A DNA stretch of 64,000 nucleotides from Nymphaea colorata (Eukaryota): the NCBI RefSeq assembly GCF_008831285.2, contig NC_045138.2, forward strand, positions 16,492,001 through 16,556,000. Reading direction: 5' to 3'. This document shows, in pieces, positions 1 to 12,500 of this stretch. Position 1 is the first letter of the stretch. Each line of letters begins with the position of its first letter. Below the pieces are notes generated by a model, which was given only the letters and a program-made list of their open reading frames with translations, was not told the origin of the DNA and did not search any database. Made by a program: the position numbers and the translations under genes.

Positions 1-661
1 ATTCAACATAAAGCTCCATCGACTTTCTGTGGCCACATCGTATTTGTGGTTCATATCTATTTCCATCCACAGATAGAAACACAAGTAGAAACCTCATATA
101 ATCAATGATGTATCAGTCCGTAAGGAAGTCCCTTATTCTGGTTGTCTATGGAAGATCGGCAGTCCTTTGAATGTTTCAGAGATGGCATGTAATATAGGTC
201 ATAGGTGCAGATGCTTGGGTAGGTTTGTGTTTTAAAATAACAAAAAGTAATTGCAGCACTATTGAGTTACTTTAAATTGAGTTCACATTGCTGGTTCAAT
301 ATTTTGAACACCCAGAATCGTATTGCAGCAACATACAAGACACTGATTTGTTTTCTGGGATTTGCATGTGTTATATCAGGGTCTCAGAAACTGCACCTAA
401 GATATTTGAACTTTGTAGGAACTAGGAATTACCTTTATCGCCATTTAAAGTTGCAAAGATGGCTAGTATTGGCCTGTATATTGTGTCTTCCTTACAGATT
501 CAAAATACTGGCTTATTTTTTTCTCCAGCCATCTGAGATGTCTCAGATATGCTATTTAACCTATTTTATGGTTTAATATGTTGAGTAGTGTTTCATAGTC
601 CTTTTTGTTTTTAAGAGCGCATGTCAATTCGCTAACCATGGTTTCCTTTATTATTCTGTAG

Positions 662-1657
662 AAAGAATCACCATTAGGAAAGGTAACAGAGTCTGCTCAT
701 CCAGGTAAAGCTCATCTCCACAATTTCTGATTGTCAATTTTTCACATCATATTAATAATAGTGGTGTTTGCTCACTCACCTTATGTTTCTGTGGAATCAT
801 TGACATATATATATATGGTATGAATGAATTGAATTTGTGAATATATATATGCATGTGTTATGATATGAAACTGCAACAATTACTGTAGTATAATATTTGT
901 TTGCATGGATACACTCATTAAAGACAAAACTGACAGTTTGAGGTACAGCAAAATCTGGTTGTTTGTTAATTACATATGTTAAATGTGTATCCTATCACAA
1001 AAACATGAAAGTGGACATGTGACTTGGCATGAACATGAAAGTTGATTTTGTCAAGCTCCAACAAAGATTTCATTTGTTGCATGAAGTTGTCACGTTAGGT
1101 GGTGGTGCACCCCTTGTTGCCTGAAGTTGACTCTGAACATGTGCACCATGCATAAGTTGTATTGATTCTCAAAATCTGACGCTTCGAGCTTTGCCTATGT
1201 GAATTTTGGTATAACTTCTTAGCCATGTCAACGTTAGCTGAGAAACTAAAAAATAAAAATTGTTTCTGATTAGCACCATGGTTGAGGTGGTGGTGGAATT
1301 TGAAAGCTAAAATACTTTAGTAAATAGTAACAAGACTGCTAGGCATCTTGTTTCTAGTTGCTGATCGAAAGTTATAATGCCATCAATGGGTTGGTGAATT
1401 CTGAACCATTCATGGTGGTGTGGTTAAAAGTTTGAGGCTTGACATTGTCTTTGTGCTCCAATAATTCTTGCTTTTGTTTTAGGAACTAGGATTTTGGTTT
1501 CCTTAGTTGCCCTTCTGATATTATGAATGGCTAATATCTGTTTGTTCACTTTCTTTCAGCTCGCTTTTCCCCAGATGACAAATACTCGAGGCAGAGAGTC
1601 ATGCTGAAGAAGCGGTTTCACTTGCTTCCAACACAGCAAGCTCCCCCTAAATACTGA
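662..1657 (+). CDS. NOP10: H/ACA snoRNP subunit NOP10, last two exons (662-704, 1560-1657); first exon not found, presumably left of the window
   Basis: Spliced translation [46 protein letters not shown] carries the NOP10 signature [14 protein letters not shown]. Canonical AG/GT sites; phase-1 intron keeps frame. Confidence 0.95.
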
Positions 1658-2015
1658 GAGATTATTGTCATGGAGTAGATTGTAATCCTTTATCTAGGAT
1701 ACAGTTTAGGATGTGCTAGTTTGGTATGACGGGATGCCTGTTACTGTTAGTCAGTGGCAGCCTCCTGTAGGATTATAAACAATGGAAGCGACATTTGGTT
1801 GATGAACGGCAATACTCCTTCCTCTTTTGTTAATGCAAATCTTTGGTGGATCGTTGTTCTGTTTGACTTGTTTATAGCTAGCTTGCCATTGAATCCCACA
1901 TGCTGATGGATTGCTGATTATACAAGGCTGAGCTAGTGCTGGAAGAGAGGATATGAGAGGGTGATGAGAAGGCAAGATCTATTCGAGGGGTCGATATGTT
2001 TCCATAACATTCTTA

Positions 2016-2185
2016 GGGGATGTTTGGCAACAATAACATGTTGTTGCTGTTCTATGAACTTGTCCCAAAAAATTGTGGTAGATCCATGAAACACTGGGTG
2101 GCAACATTTATGAATTTATCATATTCTTTGAGATGGATTGATAGGATGGTAATAACTTATTGAGTTATTGTTACCAAACAACCCC
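2016..2185. mobile_element. Tourist-like (PIF/Harbinger) MITE, 170 bp
   Basis: TIRs GGGGATGTTTGGCAACAATAAC / GTTATTGTTACCAAACAACCCC (20/22 match), flanked by TTA on both sides (2013-2015, 2186-2188). Confidence 0.85.
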
Positions 2186-3672
2186 TTAAAGATTTGAGCA
2201 AGTCAGAGCTACGCTGTGCTTTTGAGCTTAGTGATATTTAGCATTTTTTACTTGTTACTCAATGATTCGTGCTCCAGTTAGTGACATACTTTTTGGTGCT
2301 CATTTCAAGTAAAAGGCCACTTATCTGACCTTGATTGAAAGGATACGTCTAAACGCACAGGATTTGCAACATGGGCCTAGTTAATGAGCTACAAGTTAAC
2401 AAGCGCCTAACTATGAAGTGCTCATCTGGTTTTCCTTAAGTTGGAGATCTAGGAATAGACTAATATTTGGCAGGCTATATCGTGACCTTTACTCGCAAAA
2501 GCTCAATGATTCATGTTCTTCTCTATAGGTTTCCCTGTCTCTATAGTTGGAGAGAGTTGTTTGAAGGTGAAGAGCTTGGTCACCGTCTAAGCTGGAATTT
2601 AATGGTAAGAGTTGGTTTATAAAGGTTGTCAAGATGAACTTAGTTCAAGCGCTCGATTCTCTGTTTTTGTCGCGTGGATATTGTTTGCTTGCGAACTTCA
2701 AACTTTACCATACCAAATGAGAATTTTTAGCGCGAGTTTTTAGATGGCACTTGTTCTCAGACGTGTATACTTCATTCCTCGAAGGGTAGCGGCTTGTCCA
2801 ACGCCGTTGGGGTAGATAAAATTCACATTGAATTGTGTTGCACTGCAGCTTCCATCAAATCCAATTCTATTTCAATGAAAAAATGTATTTGCATTTAATG
2901 GGTCGATCTGATCCCTTGCTCGGGCTATCCTTTCGAATCCCAGTGTTTCTTTTTTCTTTTGAATCGGGCTTTATTAACATCAATACTTAGTTAAAAGTGT
3001 TCCTTTATATTGTTTAACTTATATACTTGTTATTTTCTTTTTCTTATTATGTTTATTAATATTATATGTTTCACTAATTTGATCATGAAAGTTGCGTTTC
3101 AAATTCCTCGAGGTTTACGCCTCCTCTCATGAGAAGCTCAGTGCGTCGCTTCACTCCGACGGCTCAACCTCTAAAAGGTTGGAGACATGAGCTATTGACA
3201 TATGGTCATAAGCAATTTTAAGATGGAGTCATTACTAGTAAACGTTAAAATTGCATATGTAGAATTCTGTGAATCTGGGATATTCTTAGATGTAACAAAC
3301 ATTTTGAGACAGAATACTTTGACATGTTCTGTAACACGTGTGGTATTTTACATCGTTTGGTATCTAAGGGGGCAAAAAGGAAAGTTATTAGAATCCATCC
3401 GAATACTTTTAAATTTCGGATTTTGAGCTTGTTGAATCAATTTTAGTAAACATCATGTTGGATTATGTTCCGAAATTCGGGTCTAACTGTGTCTGATCCA
3501 ATCAAGTCATGCATCGGTACCGCACTCCGATCGGTTGCAGATCAAGACCGTTCATATCCAAATCTCCAATGGACTCCGAATCCAACTCGCTCTTCAGTCT
3601 CTCGGCGGGCTTCGTCTTCCTCTGCGTGAGAGGGAGAGAGGGAGAGAGAGAGAAAGAGGGAGAGAGAGCGAG

Positions 3673-5882
3673 ATGGCAGTCCTTTCTCTGCTAAGGACGT
3701 CTACGGGGACCCTTCTTAGATCGATGACGAAGAGTTCCCACAGGTTCATGCTCCCTTGTATCTCCTCTTCTGTGGACTCCCAGAGTCGCTCCTTTGATAT
3801 CTACAAGGTACTACTTCTCCCCTCCACAGCAAACCATCACGAGTAGCATCATCTTCGAATTACTGATGGCTGCTGCCAATCTATTTTCTTCCTCTGCAGT
3901 TTGCCAGCAAAGAAGCCATTCAAAAGGAGCGCGAGAGGATGTACTCTCTCTCTCTTTCCCCCTGTGATTTCTTTTGCTTTTTGATTCTTTCGTGATCAAG
4001 GATTTTGAGAATGAGTTATGGCGAATGTGTCAATAGGTCTTTTTTTCGTGCTTCCCTAGTTGATTTGGTGTGGATCATAGCCGAGTCGTCTAAATTACTG
4101 AATTCATATTGCAAATGGTCTTTGTTTTTTACAACTCTTCTTACCTTTTGACTTCAAAATCGAGGAATAGAAGTTTGATGAGAGTGACCTATTCGGTTAG
4201 TGCAGTACTGATGAGATGAACAGAGGTTACTTTGCTGACATTTCTGAGCTCAAGAAACATGGGGGTAAGGTACATGTGGAATTTTCTTTATTAAAACCTC
4301 TATGGCGGATAGTTGGTTTTTGCTCTAGATGCGTACGGTGAAATTGCATCTTGATTGTTCATTATTGATGGAGTTTCTGTACTGACTACTGGGTGTTCAT
4401 ATCAGAATGATTAGTTTTGAGTTTTTGCTGTTATAGTAACGTTTGGGAGACGGCAATGTGATCTGAATTTTGAAAAAAAAAAAATCGGTGTTTTGTTGAT
4501 GATGTTAATGTTTGATGGAAGTTGACCACCCTTTCCATTCCAGGGTTTTGGAAGGGCTGCATTCTTCTTCAATCATGAGTATGACTTCCAAGAGCACACA
4601 CACACAAATGCATGCACGTACATAAGTGCTAATTACATTTCTGCCTGTCCTTGTTTGAATGGTTATTCAGAGTCCATATATTTAATTTGCACACCTTTGG
4701 CTTGATACATATTCGTCTCTTTGCAGATGGCAATGGCAAACAAAACTGTTGTTCCATCGATGGTGGCTAAGAAGTTTCCTTCGTTGGAAGTAGAGCGCTC
4801 AGATGGTAGTACGCTTAAGATACCAATCGTCTATGCCAGTGGAAGTGAATGCCCAAAGGCATCTTTACTCTGTCTCTCCTTTCGAGCTAGTTCTCAGGTT
4901 TGAATATGGTTAATTCCTCCATTCTTTGTACTCCTGATGCTTGCAAAATATCACTGTTGTCTACATGTGATCACATCCCTGGTTTAATTTATCACTGAAA
5001 AAGCAATTCTATCTTCTGTTGTCTATGTAGTTCTTGTTTATATTGTTTAGTGATTTCATTGTTGTTATTTGTCTTATTTGGTCCTTTTTTCGGTTTTCTT
5101 GATAGCCAATGATCGAATCATGGTGTGCACCTTTTCTTGGTGCTTTTAATGCTTCCAAGGATATTCGTCTCCATGAGGTAATGGAACAACCACCAAAGAT
5201 TCCTTGCACAAGGAACCCTTTTCTTCATCAAGTTTGTCTCAGATGTGAAATTACCTGGGTGCATTTGTTTTCTTTTTCTTTTCACTTGATGTTTTTTGCT
5301 ACTTGTAAGTCGAGTTCACTCTTGGTGGGTGTAGTACACTGATGCAAGAAGCATAGAACTTGAATTAATTAAATGCAGTTCATTAAATCTGCTAATTTGA
5401 TGGTCTAATTACATCTATTCACATGATTCATTTAAGATGTATTATGCATGAACGAACCATGTTGCACTTTACAGGCACAAGTTATTGGGAAGAGTTTTCG
5501 GTTCAAAGTTTCTTATCTGTACATGAATCAGCAGTATGCAAAAGTGCAATCTACTTTCTGAGTTTTGGAAAGTTGATGAACATCAAATGCCTTCAGGAAA
5601 CATTTCAAGCTGAAAGGAGGTTAATCTAAAATGTTCAGCTTTTGCCTTTTATTCCCAAAACTTATTGATATGCTGGTGACACCCATCAGCGCTTCACCTG
5701 CAGTTCAGCGTCATAAGCATATAAGACTGCTCGATGTTCATGTGTGGAGTCTGCACAAAATCAAAGATGCTCGTTTAGCTTTTCATTTTTGCATGTCCAA
5801 TGCACTAAATAAAAATTTATTTATTTCAAGTGAGAGCCTATATTTGGTTTTTGAGTAGATAACATGTAAATGCACACACACG

Positions 5883-5930
<48 letters not shown>

Positions 5931-6632
5931 GTATATATATAAAATCAGGGGGCCTAGATTAGCTTCTCCATTTTGGTTATCATGCAGAGGTTCTGAATTC
6001 TATGGCATTCTGTTTTTACATGTTTATTATTTCCTTTGACAGTGAGTGGTTCATAGATGTCTTTGCCTTGTCCTCTATTCTGTTTCTGAAAAATTGAACT
6101 GATTGGGAACATTACTACTCCACAAGGATGATAACCTTGATCACGTGATATGGAGCTTCATGTTTCTTTAGCTTATATATATGTTCTTGGTAATTTTTTT
6201 TTTCAAATCTTGCTTACCATCGTTAGTACTTCTACATGCAATCAGGTATCTTTTGTAGACTCTTGGCTTTTATCATTGAGTCCTGTAAAAAGGATGCTAC
6301 TTCGGGTAATGAGGAAGTCCAGCACTGGTGAGGGAAATCAAGCTCTTAAGAGGGAGATCGTTTATTTTTTTGGGGATCACTATTACTTCAGAAAAGAGCT
6401 TCAGATATTAAACCTTCTTACTGGGTATCATTATTATCCTCATTGTGTGCTCTCCCCCTCCGTAAATGCAACTATCTGGTTTGATTAACTTCAACATGGA
6501 TCATTTCTTTGCAGGTATATATTTTTATTAGACAGATTTGGCAAGATTAGATGGCAAGGCTTTGGATTGGCCACAAAAGAAGAGGTGTCTTCCCTCTTAT
6601 CATGCACTTACCAGTTGTTAGAAGAGAAATGA
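3673..6632 (+). CDS. ATP10: Mitochondrial ATPase assembly factor ATP10; exons 3673-3807, 3900-3940, 4206-4269, 4727-4897, 5106-5177, 6246-6424, 6515-6632 (259 aa)
   Basis: Exons join in frame through GT-AG introns. Arg/Ser-rich N-terminal presequence, DEMNRGYFADISELKKHGGK, and C-terminal NLLTGYIFLLDRFGKIRWQGFGLAT match the ATP10 family as I recall it. Confidence 0.9.
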
Positions 6633-9346
6633 GGACAATTTTGTCTAACAGACGAGAATATTGTCAATAAACGTGCAGGGCATGCAACCTGTTAGTCTTT
6701 TGAATCCCTTTTGCTACTTTACTTCTTTGCTTTTATATATCATTTTGCGTATTTTTGCTGTCTGTTCCTCTGTCATCATGGGGCACGAGAATTCTCATTT
6801 TCAACGCATAAAAGTTTTTGTTGTAGCTTGCAAAGGATGTATGGATGTCATATGTGCTTTTTTGATATCTAGTTTTTTTCTTCCGATGTTTAGCAGGCTC
6901 CTAGGGATTTATACCAACAGACGCTTAGGTACTGAACTCCCGGACCTCCTTTACCTTGTTGTAAGGCTCAACTCATTCCTCTTAGCTGGGTAGTCGGAGC
7001 TCCTGCTGTCTTGATATGGAGCCTAGAGGGGCCTTATGAAGCTATTGATAGAATCAGATGTATTTCAGTTTCAGACCTGCCTAGCCAATACTATTCGCTT
7101 GCCTATGACATTCCCTAATAGCCCATATTCTTCATATATAAATTTTCTCTATTATGACAGTACAAAAGTTATCTGTACAGCCCTCTTTCCAAATCTTATG
7201 TTGATATGAAAATCTTTATGCAAGATGTTCTTACTCCCGATTCTGTGTCTCCAAACTAGATATAGGTCCAACAACCTTGCTTTGGCACGGCCATTAACGT
7301 TTTACAAACTCTTGACTTGAGGGTGAGCCCCAACCTTCAAACCTTACCAGGACAACACCATATGAAAGCTCAGGCAGCCGGACGGAGTGGCGCATACTCT
7401 TTAACTTGCATCATTCCCATTTTCCTCTTACCGCATGCTCACCAGTTTAGAAACATATCGAACTGTTGACCACTTTTAATAAAATGCTCATTTCTTAGTC
7501 AGGGGGATGAAACTCTTATTTCTTTATTTTCTGAACTAAAATTAAAACAAAAAATTTGGTAAAAATTTCTGGCTCGGCCACGTTTCTACCTTGAACTAAA
7601 GGGCTGGAATTGTGGGTGCAAATGGATTGATACCATTTTTGGGGGTTTTGCTTTAAAATATAACATGAAACCATGGGTTCCCTAGAAGGGGGAAGAGAAT
7701 TTGATCTCTGACCACATGCCTGTTGAAAAATGAGCCGGCGACTCATAGGCAGTGGCTTGTTTAAAGAAGCCACTGGAGCGCGAAAGCGAGTCCTCATAGG
7801 GCTATGATTTGGAGTTGGATTCAGATTGACTCCAGTAACACTTGAAATAGGAAAAACAAAAAGTTATACTGCATGTGGTCCATTTTCGGGTCCAATGTTG
7901 ACTTGATCCAAATCTCTCACATTGCAACCTTAAAGTACCGGAAGTATCGGTGAGAGGCATCGATATAGCTTGGAGTTTTGGATCTGAACGCACTGCCAAA
8001 TCAAATCCATGGTTGTGCACAAACACGAACCAAGATTCTTCTTCAACAACTTGGATTTATGCCAACAAAGCTGATGGTGCATTATTGATGTACTGCTGGG
8101 TTGGTGTCACTAGTTTCTTATTCACTGATCTCTCCTCAAAATGGTTAGGAGAAAACCAAATAAAGCAAGTGCATATTTAAATAGCTATAGAATAGACTGA
8201 GAAAAAAAAATGTGTGTATTTAAATAACTATGGAATCAAACGATGTGACTGTCACAGTCGTCAGATTTTTCAAGTAAGAATGCAAATTGTTATGAAAACG
8301 TAGACGCCATTGTAATGAAGCTATATTTTTTATTGGGCAGGTATTCGACCTACTTATATTTGAATTTGGCTTTCTAAAGTATTTCATCAAAATTTAAATC
8401 TAATGTTTCAGTTGCAAAAGTCCTGCATTGGCAAAAAATTTGCGTAAATTGTGCCCCACATTTGTTGGCAAAAGTTTTTCCCTTTTTGACTTCAGGCAAA
8501 CAATAAAGCAAAACTTTTGCCATCATTCAACTCAATTATGAAGCAGATCCAGACAACATCCAATTCATTATATGCTTAGCAATGTCACTGTTTGGACATT
8601 CTCGCATGATCTGACTCAATCCGTTTTTATCTCATGGTTGTTCAAACCAAACCTGCGTCCCATTAAGAGTAGGATTTTGCATTTACATGCAAGTGCGTCC
8701 GATCTTGAATTCAGCTGAAGCACTATATATTTAGCTAACAATTGTCTCTTATTATACTCAAGTCTGCCAATTTAATATTTGGGGAGAGGAAGAGGAACTT
8801 GGGATCAAGGAAGAAATTTGAAGGATTGGCAGCAACGGTCCATGTGCTTACCTTCGAAGGAGAGCTTCACAAGAACATGTGCTTTGTAATATGAATAATC
8901 ATAACAGTTGATATGTATGGAGAACATAATTGGTATCAAGGAATAAAACATGATATTAAGAGATCAACTGATCAAAGCAAGACATGTATATAATTTTGAC
9001 AAAGCTTGTATACATGAGAAGGTGGATGTGGGTTGAGTTCTTCATCTCGCAGTGAGTTCGAGCATTTTCATGAGTCTGTACAGCATCATGAGGCTGGCGT
9101 CGGTTTCTGGCTCTACCATTAATTTTGCCTTTGATTTTGCAGCGGGCGTCTTCACAGCATGAAGAGAGAGAACCATTATTCTACTCAACTTTCGGTCCGT
9201 CAACACATTGCCCACATTCTTTATCTTATTGTGGCAAATGATTTAAATTTTTTGGTTGCCAGAAAAATCCGGTCCACTATAGATGCCAGGCATCGCCATG
9301 GGCGATCTGGTCAACCACAGTGATGCAATGGCGAGCTGGAAACTGG

Positions 9347-9354
9347 GAATATGC
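9347..9354. promoter_or_regulatory. P1BS (PHR1-binding, GNATATNC) element GAATATGC upstream of PHF1
   Basis: Exact consensus match ~210 bp before the PHF1 ATG; PHF1 is a known phosphate-starvation-responsive gene. Confidence 0.6.
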
Positions 9355-9560
9355 CTTCACACCTTCTCCTTCTTTGGTAGCCGTTGACTCCGTTCATGTC
9401 AACCACGTCACAGTTTCCTTTCTTCCTTCCACCAACGGAAACTCGGAGTAATCAATAAATAGAACTCCGCACCCTTCTCTTTACTGTCTCTCTCGTTCCG
9501 AGCGAGGTCGATCAGTCGAGGAGGAAAGGAAGGAGAAAGGACGAAATAGAGAAAGAAGTT

Positions 9561-12500
9561 ATGGACGGTGATGGGGTTCATCGAGGGACCGTCAAGTGTG
9601 CCGCGTGGATTCGGCGGAGGAACGAGGTTTACGCTCTCCTCGCGAAGTCTGCTCACAGGTCGTCGCCGCCAGTCCTTCAAATCTCTTCCTACGATCCCAA
9701 CTCCCTGTCCCTCTCCCCCAAGGTACCTTTTTCTCCGTCGATCCTGGAACCCCAACTCGTTTTTCTTTCTGAGAGTTGAGGGACGCAGAGCAGGACTCGG
9801 AAGATGAAGATGGTGGTCATTTGTACTTTATTTTTATGGTTGGTAGGGCGAGTACGTCTGCGAGGACGGTGATCCCATCTGCATCGCGGTTCATCCCAGC
9901 GGAGACGAGATTGTTTGCTCGATGCGGAACGGTGTGAGGCAAGGATTTATCTCCGTTCTTTCCTCTTCTTTTGATATACTAAATGTTCGTGCTCTTTTTG
10001 TGTTCTTTCCGGTAGAATTTTCTTCTTTTTTTAGGTTCTCAATGATGTTGCTTGCTCCTAAACTTTTTATTGATAATGGCACAAAATGGGGAATTAATCA
10101 TTTCAAGGCCTTCCAGATGATTTTTTTTTTTGTTAACTATGGCTTATGTAGCTTGAATTGTATGCGTTTGAGCTTAAAAGTTAAAATTGCCTGCGATGCC
10201 CACAAAGATAATACATGGAGTTCTTTACCACATTTATGAATGGTGAGTACCTCACACTCTATCTCTTAGAGTGTCAAGGAGCGAACGCCAGAAGGTTTAT
10301 GTTCCGGCTTGGGCACCCGAGTCGAGCTTTCAGAACGCTTGGTTACTATCTGCATTGTCTTTCTACTTCCTGAATTTATGGTATCTTGTCTTTCCATTTT
10401 CTTTGCATAAATATTTCTTGGTTCTCTTTCATGATTATTCTCAATTGTCTTTCTTGATGGATATGACGTAATGACGTAATATGCTTAGAGACAGAGACAA
10501 ATATGTTATATGATGAAGGAGACCTGTGCAGATTTGGTGGAAGCATTGGGAATATGAAATGAAAGCAGTGTCACTGCTAAAAGATACAAGTGATGATACG
10601 GATCAAACATGAAGAGACCCTTCGGCAAAAAGCTGTTGCCCTTATCGTTGAAACAGAAGATTTCACTTGGGTGTTAAGAACGTAAAGCATCCCTTCACGT
10701 ATTAGGCTGGTCGAATTGAAGAAACATCATCACCCACACGATTACCTCGTAATTCTTGCAATTTTATGAAGACATGATTAGAAAGTTGCTGTTAAAGGTT
10801 TCTACATTAAATTCCGCCCTACACAAGGATAACTTGAGAAGTCTAGTGTACATAATTACCACACGAATTTGATTAGATTCACCAACTTACTAATCTAACA
10901 TGATTTTTTGGACTACTTTGGTGAGAACGAGGTCCCCCATCATTGTGACCTTTTTTACTTTCTCACAAGATTTTGTACCATGGTCATTAAATCATTGTCA
11001 TTTTGAATTTTTTATCAACATTATTGCGATAAAATTCAGATTTCTTTTCCATTAAACTATGCATCAACTTTTCTCTTTTTCATTGAAAAATGTTTGGAGT
11101 GCTACGTTATATTTTGGAGCAGATTTTCTTAAAATTATCATGATCTGTTAGTCTACCACTCTACCAGGATTAAAGTGCAGACAGTAGGCAGCAGTATGGG
11201 TATGTTTTAGTGAGTACGCTTGGTCATGTATGAATTTCTTTGTCATAATTCACTTGATAATTTTCTTGCAGAGATATCAATCTTTTGTTTTGATTATTCT
11301 TTCTGCATTATGTGATTCATGAATACAAATATATTGAAACCGTCCTTGTTGGGGAACAGATTAATTGAATTCTCTGATGTGGAGACGGGCATAAAATTTG
11401 TCACAAAGGACTTCCCAGTTCTCCAAGGTGTTGGCCTTCAGAAATGTCTTTCCTTTAGCACTGATGGATCAAAATTTGCATCGGGTGGGGAGGTATAGTT
11501 ATTTTTAGTCAGAACTCGAATTTAGATTTCATTAAGAAAACTTATATCTTAACCCAAAAAAAAAAAATGTTATAAACTGAGATTGTTTTCCAGCCTACAT
11601 TTGGTAGGATCTACATTGTAACCATATGCCAATTCAATTATCTATTAAATTAAAACTAAACTTTTCAAGTTAATTATACCGTCAGCATATCTTTCTGTTG
11701 AACAATGACTATCTAAGTTCCAGCTTTCGTACGTTCTGCACTCACCAAAGTTCTTCCTTTTCCTGTCCAATTTATAGGATGGGCATCTTAGGATATTTGA
11801 GTGGCCAAGTCTTAATGTTCTCCTGGATGAACCAAGGGCTCATAAATCCTTCAGAGATATGGACTTCAGGTAAATTGCTTTGAGAAATCAAACTGGACAA
11901 TTTAACCTAGTATGTGAATCTTCTTGTTCATGCACATGGATGTTCTAATAGTTCAAATCATGATTGTTCAGTCATAGATTTGTCTGTGTATATTTACAAT
12001 TACATGTAAATATGCTATTATGATCTCAGATGCCTTGATATACATTATCTCTACATGGTAGGCTCCAGCTCAAGTAAATTTCTCTTCGTTTTTTTTGTTT
12101 TTTTTTTTTCTTATGATCCTCCAGTTTGGGCTCTGAAGTTCTTGTCTCAACATCTACTGATGGTCATGCTCGAATATGGAATGCAACTGATGGTGTTCCC
12201 TTACAGTCATTGACTCGCGTTGCGGTAAATATTAATTTCTTTGTGACCTTATGGTTGTCATGACAGTATTTATTGTAGTTTGTATCCATTTAATTCACAT
12301 GCTCTTTACTGCAGGATGAGAAGCTCGAGTGCTGTCGATTTTCCAAGGATGGAACTAAGCCATTTCTCTATTGCACCGCACAGCATGGTATGGTAGTAAC
12401 ATTTCTTGTCTTGCTTTTGAGAGTATAGTGTGCCCTGGACAATGAATTCTATTGCCAGTGATTTCTGTGTACATTTTCCAGCTGTTTAAACTCTTTGTTT

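Noticed and set aside
100..200. ATGATG motif in the NOP10 intron as a possible box C/D snoRNA
   Set aside because: No canonical RUGAUGA/CUGA pair with a terminal stem.
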